From: Gemmatimonadaceae bacterium
GTDB taxonomy: Bacteria; Gemmatimonadota; Gemmatimonadetes; Gemmatimonadales; Gemmatimonadaceae
Assembly (NCBI GenBank): GCA_040902005.1
Contig: JBBDYA010000134.1
Location: 1-57,522 of the forward strand
Direction of reading: 5' to 3'
DNA length: 57,522 nucleotides
A model generated the notes under the pieces. That model searched no databases. It saw only the letters and a list, made by a program, of their open reading frames with translations, and was not told where the DNA came from. Below are positions 29,253 to 36,635 of the stretch, one piece after another (the first letter of the stretch is position 1; each line of letters starts with the position of its first letter). The translations under genes were made by a program, and so were the position numbers.

Positions 29253-29285
29253 CAAGTTCTCAAGCCGGCAGTCGACACCATAGGT
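29247..29285 (+). other. Highly degenerate collapsed attC
   Basis: GGATAAC-AAGTTC-TCAAGCCGG...CACCATAGGT. Confidence 0.35.
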
Positions 29286-29553
29286 GACAACAATTCAGTG
29301 CGACCGTCACGGCCAACAGGCGGAGACCTTCGTTTGTCAGCACGTGGTGCAGAGCCTTCGCGATCGTATACCCCTCGGCTTTTTTTGGCCTCGAGAGTCG
29401 GATCAGCAAAGGCCCGATGCCTGGTGCTCCGCATGCAATCGAGTTCTCGAAGCTGCCGGCTGGGATTGGACCGACGAGGCCAGTGCTCACGCACACATTC
29501 AGATCCTGTGTGGAACGTGCTATGACGAGGCCAAGGCTCTGAATGGCTTCTAG
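29284..29553 (+). CDS. Small Cys/His-rich hypothetical protein (cassette)
   Basis: CxxH, CxH, WCxxC and CxxC motifs. Confidence 0.75.
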   Translation: MTTIQCDRHGQQAETFVCQHVVQSLRDRIPLGFFWPRESDQQRPDAWCSACNRVLEAAGWDWTDEASAHAHIQILCGTCYDEAKALNGF

Positions 29554-30043
29554 TCACGTGCAGCCCAACGAGGAGTTGAAGCGGACGGCGCAGCCTGAAC
29601 GCCTGGTTCTTGCCCTCACTCTGGTCTCTGGGGCAACTGGCGCCATCAGGTCGCACGGCGACGTAGCAACACTCGAAGTCGCGCGCGCCGCCAATGCTCT
29701 CGTGCGAGCTGCAGTTGACGGTGCTCACGGTCGAGTCATCAAGAGCCTCGGTGAAGGTCTGCTGATGGCGTTCCCAGCGAACAGCGCTCGAGAGGCAGTC
29801 GCCGCGCTGCAGGCCGTCCGCGAAAAGGCCGGCGCCGTGTGGCGCGCATTTGACCCAGGATGCGACATGCACGTGAAGGTGACCGTCGGGTCCGTCCTGG
29901 TCGGCGATCTCGGCCTGTTATCGGAGCCGACGCCTGACGTCTGGGGTCTCGCAGTTCATGATTTGTTCAAGGACCGCGGGACCGGTCTTGTGCTTCTGCC
30001 CGATCTCCAAGCGCTGCTTGAGGTTCCACCAAACGCCGTCTAA
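29543..30043 (+). CDS. Degenerate class III adenylate/guanylate cyclase-like protein (cassette; native start probably deleted)
   Basis: HGRVIKSLGEGLLMAF, GSVLVGDLG, DVWGLAV; stop lies inside R'' GTCTAAC. Confidence 0.6.
   Translation: MASSHVQPNEELKRTAQPERLVLALTLVSGATGAIRSHGDVATLEVARAANALVRAAVDGAHGRVIKSLGEGLLMAFPANSAREAVAALQAVREKAGAVWRAFDPGCDMHVKVTVGSVLVGDLGLLSEPTPDVWGLAVHDLFKDRGTGLVLLPDLQALLEVPPNAV
29563..29591 (+). other. attC left half (R'' + L'') with no right arm
   Basis: GCCCAAC-GAGGAGTTGAAGCGGACGGCGC is nearly identical to the left arm at 33957. Confidence 0.75.
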
Positions 30044-30061
30044 CGTGGAGTTGCGTTAGAC
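30038..30061 (+). other. Collapsed 24-bp attC
   Basis: GTCTAAC-GTGGAGTTGC-GTTAGAC. Confidence 0.7.
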
Positions 30062-30096
30062 GGACCCTCGTCCTTCCATAACGGTCTATCCCTCAT

Positions 30097-30351
30097 ATGG
30101 GCTCAACTCGAATGACGGTGGCCTTCAGGAAATTCCGCGGCACGATGGCGACGTGGGATCAACTGTTCGCCGACGCCGCGGACTTTGCGACCAGCTTGGG
30201 GCCGGAGCCTCCCACGTGGTACGCTATGGGCGATCGCGAGCGTGCGCGCGAGGACTCTCGGCGCGCCGCCGCTTTGTTACCGCGAGAGGTTCATTCGGCC
30301 GACGCAGTGGAGGCTGAGGCGCGGCGATTGATCGAGGAAGTGCAGCGTTAA
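30097..30351 (+). pseudogene. Probable chimeric ORF: truncated cassette N-terminus fused to an unrelated helical C-terminus
   Basis: FRKFRGTMATWDQLFADAADFATSLGPE then an abrupt change to YAMGDRERAREDSRRA... Confidence 0.4.
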
Positions 30352-31565
30352 CGGTCAAGGCTCCCGACGACGCCATGAATCCAGTCCCGCAGCAGCTCCA
30401 GGACATCTTTGCGAATCCGCATGGTGCCCGGGGCATACAGTGCGTGGCCGCTGCCCTCGAACACCCGCGTCGTCAGGTTCGGCTTGCCGAGGGCGGTAAG
30501 GCGTTCGACGCTGCGGCGCACCGGGACGTTGTCGCGCTCGTCGTCGGCGCCGTAAAGTGTCAGCCCCGGGACATGGAGCGCCTTCCAGTCCGCGATCGGA
30601 TCGAGGTGTCCGTTGCGCTCCCACCACTCCGGCTGCCGCCCGCGCACCACGCGAAGGGATACTGATCGCACCAGCGGATGCAGGAATCGTGGCCAGGCAC
30701 TGCGCCGCAGATCCTGCGTCAGCTCGTGCCGGAGCTGCTCGTTCAGGGGCACGGCCGATCCGGACGCGTTAACGACCCAGGCGATGCCCGGCGACTGGTT
30801 CGCCACCCAGGGCGCGATGTGCCCCCCCTGGCTGATGCCTAGCAGCCCTATCGCGGAGGTGTCGAGCGCGGGATGGCGGCGCAGCCATTCGACCCCCGCC
30901 AGAACGTCGCGCCCCAGCACCGCCAGGTCCGCCGTCCGCCAGTCGCCCCCCGACCTGCCGCTCCCCCGCTTGTCCGGAAACAGGACCGCGATGCCGCTGG
31001 CAGCCAGTGCGTCCACGAGCGTCATGTACCAGCTGTTGTCGCGGGTACTCGTCCCGGAGCCGTGGATCACCATGGCGCCGGGATGCGGCCCTTCGCCGCG
31101 CGGGAGGAAGAGCGTCGCGGCGATACGTTCGCCGTCGGCCGCAGTGTACCCGACCGCGTGCGCGCTGTATTCGCCCGGAGAATCGCGCACGGCGTCGTGG
31201 ACGCCGCGATACCCGGTCCAGCGCAGTCCGGTGAGGCGGTGACGCGCGTCGCGCGTGACCCGAACGGCCGAGGGTGGACGGCCGGCGGGCTGCGGCACGG
31301 AGAATGAGTCGGCGCCCACCGCCACCATCGGCGCCCAGAGCATGGTGTCCCGGACGACCATGAGCGTCAGCTCCTGCTGGGCGCCCCATGTCACGATCGC
31401 CGGACCAAGTTCCGCAAACTGGTACCAACCGACGATCTCCTGGAGTTGCGCCGAGTCGGCGGCGGCACGCGCGCCTGGCGACGGGGGCGGCGATTGCGCG
31501 GAGGATCCCGACGTGCACGCCGCCGCTGCGGCAACGGCGGCCAGCCAACGCATTCGCGCGCTCAC
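30348..31565 (-). CDS. Alpha/beta hydrolase (S9/X-Pro peptidase-like) lipoprotein
   Basis: AAAC lipobox, IHGSG, DKRGSG, GISQGG nucleophile, DNVP, GSGH; GTGA overlap with the upstream ORF. Confidence 0.85.
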   Translation of the reverse strand: MSARMRWLAAVAAAAACTSGSSAQSPPPSPGARAAADSAQLQEIVGWYQFAELGPAIVTWGAQQELTLMVVRDTMLWAPMVAVGADSFSVPQPAGRPPSAVRVTRDARHRLTGLRWTGYRGVHDAVRDSPGEYSAHAVGYTAADGERIAATLFLPRGEGPHPGAMVIHGSGTSTRDNSWYMTLVDALAASGIAVLFPDKRGSGRSGGDWRTADLAVLGRDVLAGVEWLRRHPALDTSAIGLLGISQGGHIAPWVANQSPGIAWVVNASGSAVPLNEQLRHELTQDLRRSAWPRFLHPLVRSVSLRVVRGRQPEWWERNGHLDPIADWKALHVPGLTLYGADDERDNVPVRRSVERLTALGKPNLTTRVFEGSGHALYAPGTMRIRKDVLELLRDWIHGVVGSLDR

Positions 31566-31571
31566 GACGCC

Positions 31572-31601
31572 ACCCCCACCCCCACCCCCACCCCCACCCC
31601 C
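31572..31601. repeat. (ACCCCC)5 simple repeat; (GGGGGT)5 on the minus strand
   Basis: Read directly from the sequence. Confidence 0.9.
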
Positions 31602-31760
31602 AGCGCTCGATCGCGCCATCCACAGTCACCGGCGAACCGTTCCAGCTCGGCCGCGTCGAGCGTGTACACCAACTCGATGGCTCGCGGATCCTGGCGCGAG
31701 CGCTCGTCGAGCTGCGCCCACACACGGGGCGCGAAAAGTACCGGCGCCTGTCCCGCACGT

Positions 31761-31776
31761 CCCCCCCCCCCCCCCC
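31761..31776. repeat. C16 homopolymer within an ORF
   Basis: Read directly from the sequence. Confidence 0.85.
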
Positions 31777-32500
31777 GCTTCGCGAGCGCCTCGGCCGGCC
31801 GGCGGGTCACGAGCGGTTCCAGCTTCAGCCGCGTGCGCCCGAGCAGCGCGTAGACGTCCCCGATGAGCGCTTCCGCCGTGGCCATGTCCCGTTCGCACAC
31901 GTGCACGCCGCCAGACGCGCGCGCCAGACGGTCGCGCAGGTCCGCTCGCGGTCGGATGGTGATGAAGCGGATGTCCGGCAGGCGCCGCGGCCAGGCACGC
32001 CGGATGTCGTTGTAATGGAAGTACGTGGCGATGACCGGCCCGGGCGGCGGCTCTCCGTTGGAGAGTATCCACGGCCGCGCGTCCACCACGTACCGGTCGA
32101 GAATCTCGCGCGCGTGCGTCTCGCATTGATGCAGGCTGCACTCCGTGACGAACACGTGCGGCCGCTTCGGACCGCGGCTCCGCTCGGACTCCGCCCGCAT
32201 CGCGGACACCAGCGCGGTGCGGTCAAGCCCGAAGCGTGCCTCTGCCTCGGCGAACGTGCGCGCGACGAACGCCGTCAGCTGCGCATCGCTGCCGCGGGGG
32301 CGGCGAGGGACCCTGCGGCGTGCCGTGCCGGCGACGCGGGTCCCGAGCGCGCCGCGAATGCGTTACGCCTCCGTTGGCAGGCGGAATCTGCTGCGCGCCA
32401 AGGCGTGCCGCGGCGGCGACGACCAAAACGGTCACAACTCGCCGTACGCTCACGGCGCGCGCGAACTCCGGGATGGGAGTCGACGATCTCGGATTCCATA

Positions 32501-32518
32501 TTCTAACGCGGAGCGTAC
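32501..32518 (+). other. attC left-end remnant
   Basis: TTCTAAC-GCGGAG matches the YAAC-GNGGAG start of the other sites. Confidence 0.45.
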
Positions 32519-32529
32519 CTCTGATACCC

Positions 32530-32811
32530 GTGCGCGAGTCGATCGCGCTGCCCATCGACTCCCTTCGTGGGTACGTTGGCGAGTATGCTTCCACGGCCGG
32601 GCAACGTGTCCGCGTTCGCCTCGAGGGAAGTCAGCTCGTGGCCCAGGTGGTCGGCTTGGGCCACGCCAACATCCATCCTTCGAGTATCGACGAATTCTTC
32701 GCACGCTTAGCCAACGTCCAGGTCGCTTTCGGGCGGGACAGCACTGGACGCGTGTCTGGGCTCACGCTTTATGTGAATGGCCGCGGCACGCCAGCGCAAC
32801 GAATACGCTGA
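32530..32811 (+). pseudogene. DUF3471-like C-terminal domain fragment
   Basis: LRGYVGEY...EGSQLVAQ...EFF...F-RDSTGRVSGLTL--NG. Confidence 0.6.
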
Positions 32812-32862
32812 GCCCGAGGCGGTGGGCCTTCATTCTTTCAGGACACGTTCCTGGCGTCGGCT

Positions 32863-32895
32863 GCCTGACGTGGCGTTGAAGTCGGCGCGGTAGGT
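32863..32895 (+). other. Collapsed 33-bp attC
   Basis: GCCTGAC-GTGGCGTTGAAG-TCGGCGC-GGTAGGT. Confidence 0.6.
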
Positions 32896-32903
32896 TGACC
32901 ACC

Positions 32904-33167
32904 ATGACTCTCTCGAAGCAACTCATCGCTGGCCTTGTTCTGATCACGGTGCTCGGAGGGGTTGTCCTCTTCTTGTCGCTCGCTCCACTGCATCGCGTTT
33001 ACGACGCGGAGGAGTGCCGCGAGGCATACGCGCGCGCGCGGTCAGCCACGGATACCGCGCATGTCGATCTGCACCGATACACAGCGCCCGCCGGCCCTCC
33101 CAACCGTCGCTGCGGCGAACTTCGCGGCATCCCCGCCGACACGTCGGGCACGCTATCATTCCCCTGA
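32904..33167 (+). CDS. Small membrane-anchored hypothetical protein (cassette)
   Basis: N-terminal TM; followed by R'' GCCTAAC at 33170-33176. Confidence 0.65.
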   Translation: MTLSKQLIAGLVLITVLGGVVLFLSLAPLHRVYDAEECREAYARARSATDTAHVDLHRYTAPAGPPNRRCGELRGIPADTSGTLSFP

Positions 33168-33198
33168 CAGCCTAACACGCCAGATTCCATCAACTATC

Positions 33199-33513
33199 AT
33201 GTCCGACGTTCGCGGCATCGACGGCCGTAGACTAGCGATGGTCACAGGGCTCACGCTTCTGTTGGTCAGCCCAGCCCTGGCTCTTGGCCAGTGGTACAGC
33301 ACGAGGGGACCCCTGCAGACCCTCGCCTGGTACGAGCAGCATCGCGCACCCGGCGACTCCGCCGGCTACGCGAGCGCGCTGTATCATGGGGGTCACGCGC
33401 AAGCCACTCATGCGACGCGCTGGAGCCTCACGGGCTACGCGACACTCGGAGTGGCTGGCACCCTCGTCGGGCTGGTCCTTCTCCTGGGAACACGCCAGCG
33501 CCGTACCGCCTAA
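33199..33513 (+). CDS. Small 2-TM hypothetical protein (cassette)
   Basis: Two hydrophobic segments; stop inside GCCTAAC. Confidence 0.65.
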   Translation: MSDVRGIDGRRLAMVTGLTLLLVSPALALGQWYSTRGPLQTLAWYEQHRAPGDSAGYASALYHGGHAQATHATRWSLTGYATLGVAGTLVGLVLLLGTRQRRTA

Positions 33514-33528
33514 CGAGGCGCGTTGGGT
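33508..33528 (+). other. Collapsed 21-bp attC
   Basis: GCCTAAC-GAGGCGC-GTTGGGT. Confidence 0.7.
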
Positions 33529-33561
33529 GCGCCCTTTGGCGTTGCTCCTCCCGATCCCTTG

Positions 33562-33945
33562 ATGGAACAGGCGACTCAGGTCTTTGCAGCGATCTCCTTC
33601 CTTGTGATCGGCCTCTCGCACTTAGCTCAACCCAGATCCTGGGTTGCCTTCTATCAAGCGCTCGCTGCGAGGGGTAACCCGGGCGTTTTCCTCGAAGGCT
33701 TCCTTTTGTTGAACTTCGGCGCCATCGTCGTCGCGTTTCACAATGTGTGGCACGGTCCGGCGCTGTTGCTCACCCTCATTGGGTGGGCGCACGTTCTCAA
33801 GGCAGTCGTACGCTTCCTGGCTCCGCGAGTCGCATTACGAGTACTGCAGCGTGTCACGCCAGAACGCGCGTGGCACTTCCAGATTGGCGGAGTGCTTGCG
33901 TTGCTGATAAGCGGCTTTCTGTGGTGGGTCCGGTTTCGGCCGTAG
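33562..33945 (+). CDS. 4-TM hypothetical membrane protein (cassette)
   Basis: GLSHLAQP-W...FHNVW-G...TLIGW. Confidence 0.8.
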   Translation: MEQATQVFAAISFLVIGLSHLAQPRSWVAFYQALAARGNPGVFLEGFLLLNFGAIVVAFHNVWHGPALLLTLIGWAHVLKAVVRFLAPRVALRVLQRVTPERAWHFQIGGVLALLISGFLWWVRFRP

Positions 33946-33956
33946 TCGAGGGGGCC

Positions 33957-34096
33957 ACCTGACGGGGAGTTGAAGCCGACGGCGCTCCCCAAGCCATTCG
34001 GTTGCGCGCCTGGCGAGGCTCGGTCCAGTTGCACATCATTGCGCCTTCACAGCGCCTTCACACTCAGCGCCGCGGCTTGACTCCGGCACGTTAGGT
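33957..34096 (+). other. Full-length attC site (140 bp)
   Basis: R'' ACCTGAC; left arm GGAGTT(G)AAGCCG(A)CGGCGCT pairs with right arm AGCGCCG-CGGCTT-GACTCC leaving two extrahelical bases; R' GTTAGGT. Confidence 0.85.
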
Positions 34097-34121
34097 GGGC
34101 CACAACTTTCCAGGGTCCGCG

Positions 34122-34496
34122 ATGCTCCGACTACTGTTCTGGCTGAGCGCCGGCCTGTGCGGCCTCCTGGGCTTCATACACACCGGCGTCACCTTCGTCG
34201 CCTATCGCACGTTGTCGCCTGGTTCGATCTGGTTTGCCGGAACAGGCTTGAGCATGCTGCTCCTGACCATCGTGAATGTCGCCGCGTGGCGGGCCTCATC
34301 TGGCGATCGCTTCCTCCGCTACGGCGCAATCGCGGCAAACCTGTCGATGAGTGCGTTGGGATTCTTTGCGGTCAAAGCCGTCCCGGAGCCTCAGGCTTAC
34401 GCCGTACTGGCGGCCTTCATCGGACTCCTGGTCAGTAGTCTGCCTCGTGCTCCGTTCTGGGCTACAGCCGACGAGCAACACGAGTCGGCCACCTAA
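34122..34496 (+). CDS. 4-TM hypothetical membrane protein (complete cassette)
   Basis: Flanked by GTTAGGT upstream and its exact complement ACCTAAC, which contains the stop. Confidence 0.8.
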   Translation: MLRLLFWLSAGLCGLLGFIHTGVTFVAYRTLSPGSIWFAGTGLSMLLLTIVNVAAWRASSGDRFLRYGAIAANLSMSALGFFAVKAVPEPQAYAVLAAFIGLLVSSLPRAPFWATADEQHESAT

Positions 34497-34588
34497 CGGG
34501 CGGCTGGAGCTGGCGGCGCTCACGGGAAGTCGTTGGGTTGAGTAGATCACGGGTGGAGCGCCGCAGCTCAATCGCAATCGCGTTACGC
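34491..34588 (+). other. Full-length attC site (98 bp)
   Basis: R'' ACCTAAC; GCGGCTG(G)AGCTG(G)CGGCGCT pairs with AGCGCCG-CAGCT-CAATCGC; R' GTTACGC. Confidence 0.8.
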
Positions 34589-34657
34589 CAACGCCGCGAC
34601 GCAAGTCTTGTTTCTCGCACCTTCTTGTTGTTTTCCGAGGGAATCGCAGTATTACAT

Positions 34658-36319
34658 ATGCGCAACCAACTCTTCGCCGCCGCAACGACCCTGCTGCTCC
34701 TTCCCGCGACGGCCTCGGCGCAGCCGGCCCAGGTCCCGGCCCCTGTGCGCGCCGCTGCGGACGTCATCCAGCAGTCCAGTCTGAAACGCGACGTCGACTA
34801 TCTCGCCGCCGACGCGCTGCGCGGACGCGAGACGCCCTCCCCCGGACTCGACAGCGCCGCCGCGTACGTCGTGCGCCGGCTCGCGGCGATGAAGTTGGCG
34901 CCCGCGGGAGACGACGGCACGTACCGCCAGCACTACACCATTCGCTCCTTCTCCCTCGACACGACCAACACCTCGCTCGAGGTCGGCGACCACCGCTTCA
35001 CCTTCGGCAACGATTTCCTTGTCCAGAGCTTCGCCGACTCCCTGCGCCTCACCGCGCCCATGGTCTACGTGGGACACGGCATCCAGGCGCCCAAGAAGGC
35101 AATCGACCCGTACGCCGGCCTGGATCTCCGCGGCAAGATTGTCATCGCGCACGGGCCGGGCGCCTACCCCGCGGGCGAAACCTTCGCCAGCCTCGGCACT
35201 CCCCTAACCGACTGGTCCCCTGCGAATCTGGTCGCCCACAAGCTCGGCGCGGTCGCGTTGATTCAGATCATGCGACCCAGCATGGCACGCCGTTGGGACT
35301 TCTTCCGCACAGCCGACTTCTTTTTGAACAGCACCGAGATGCATCCCAGCGTGCCCTCGGCCTTCGCGCGCCCATTGTTCCCGTCGGTGATGCTCAAGCC
35401 CGAGCTGCTCGAGACGCTGTTAGGCGGCGCCGGCGGACTGAACGTCGCGGAAGTGCTGGCCAGCGCCAACCGCGGCGTGTACCCCGCGTCTTTCACGCTC
35501 GATCCCGCGCGGAAGGCGACGCTCAACGTCGCCGTTTCAATGACGTCGACGCAGCAGCCCCACAACGTTGTTGCGCGCATCGAGGGGAGCGACCCGCGGT
35601 TGCGGCACGAGGCCGTCGTGATCATGGCGCATCTTGACGGCGCCGTCGGCCCGCCGTCCCCGGCCAGCGCCGACAGCATCTACAACGCGGCCGACGACAA
35701 CGCCTCCGGCAGCGCGGGTATTCTCGCAGTAGCCGAAGCGATGCTGCGCGCGCCGCGTCCCAAGCGGTCGGTGATTTTCGTGTGGGACACCGGGGAGGAG
35801 GTGGGGCTCTGGGGCTCGCGCTACTTCGCGGCCAATCCACCCGTGCCCCTGCGCGACGTGATCGCGCATTTCAATATTGACATGATCGGGCGGTCGAAGG
35901 CAGCCGGTGATACCAGCTCAGCGAACGCGCGGCTTGCTGGGGCGAACGAGATCCATGTCGTGGGTCCGCGGGTGCTGAGCACCGAAGTGGACAGCCTGAT
36001 CCACCGCACCAATCGCGCCCTCACCGGGCTACAGCTGAACCATCAGTTCGATCTGGCGACCCACGAGTTCTTTTACCCTCGCACCGATGCCGGCCCCATG
36101 ATCGAGCGCGGGGTACTGACCATCGGTTTCGCGGACGGGATTCACGAGGACTATCACGATGTAGGGGACGAGTCGCGCAAGCTGGATCTCGCGAAGATGG
36201 AGAAGGTGGCGCGTCTCATCTTCGCGACCGCATGGCAGTTGGCGGACGGGCCGGTGCGTCCGAGGATCGACAAGGGGATTCCGGCATCAGTGCCGCGCTA
36301 TCCTCCGCTCCAGCCGTAA
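34658..36319 (+). CDS. M28-family metallopeptidase with PA domain
   Basis: Signal peptide; AHLD, YNAADDNASG, GEEVGLWGS, NIDMIGR, DYH. Confidence 0.9.
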   Translation: MRNQLFAAATTLLLLPATASAQPAQVPAPVRAAADVIQQSSLKRDVDYLAADALRGRETPSPGLDSAAAYVVRRLAAMKLAPAGDDGTYRQHYTIRSFSLDTTNTSLEVGDHRFTFGNDFLVQSFADSLRLTAPMVYVGHGIQAPKKAIDPYAGLDLRGKIVIAHGPGAYPAGETFASLGTPLTDWSPANLVAHKLGAVALIQIMRPSMARRWDFFRTADFFLNSTEMHPSVPSAFARPLFPSVMLKPELLETLLGGAGGLNVAEVLASANRGVYPASFTLDPARKATLNVAVSMTSTQQPHNVVARIEGSDPRLRHEAVVIMAHLDGAVGPPSPASADSIYNAADDNASGSAGILAVAEAMLRAPRPKRSVIFVWDTGEEVGLWGSRYFAANPPVPLRDVIAHFNIDMIGRSKAAGDTSSANARLAGANEIHVVGPRVLSTEVDSLIHRTNRALTGLQLNHQFDLATHEFFYPRTDAGPMIERGVLTIGFADGIHEDYHDVGDESRKLDLAKMEKVARLIFATAWQLADGPVRPRIDKGIPASVPRYPPLQP

Positions 36320-36374
36320 TCTCGTCGCCGAAATACTCCAGTGAATTCCGCGATCGCGCTAGGACGTCCGCATC

Positions 36375-36635
36375 GTGCCTCTTAAACCACAGACTCGGCG
36401 ACTGCTGATTGCGATCGCAGCGTGGCCCGCGGGCATCTTGGGTACGCTGGCGCTGACGATAGTGTGGTCATTGCTGACGGCCACTCCGTGTGCGGCAGGA
36501 TCCACGTGCGCGCAGGAGCTGAAGCCCGCGTCGTCGACCTCCGTCCTGCTTTGGCTGGCGTTGGCCTTTGGTCCAGGCATCCTCGCCACTCGCGACTGGT
36601 GGAAGCACCGCGGTGTCGCGGATGATTCCCTATGA
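36375..36635 (+). CDS. Small 2-TM hypothetical protein
   Basis: Two hydrophobic helices; ATGA overlap with the next gene. Confidence 0.55.
   Translation: MPLKPQTRRLLIAIAAWPAGILGTLALTIVWSLLTATPCAAGSTCAQELKPASSTSVLLWLALAFGPGILATRDWWKHRGVADDSL

Larger units (their letters stand above)
31562..32361 (-). pseudogene. 5'-truncated GntR-like regulator
   Basis: Frame stays open upstream of 32209 to a stop at ~32364; begins RIRGALGTRVA (end of a wHTH wing); VTECS...ATYFH effector-like region. Confidence 0.45.
28375..34588 (+). mobile_element. Integron gene-cassette array lacking an integrase in this window (CALIN-like), degenerate
   Basis: Short co-oriented ORFs separated by RYYYAAC...GTTRRRY-type sites; two full attC hairpins; several TAA stops inside R''. 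Confidence 0.8.
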
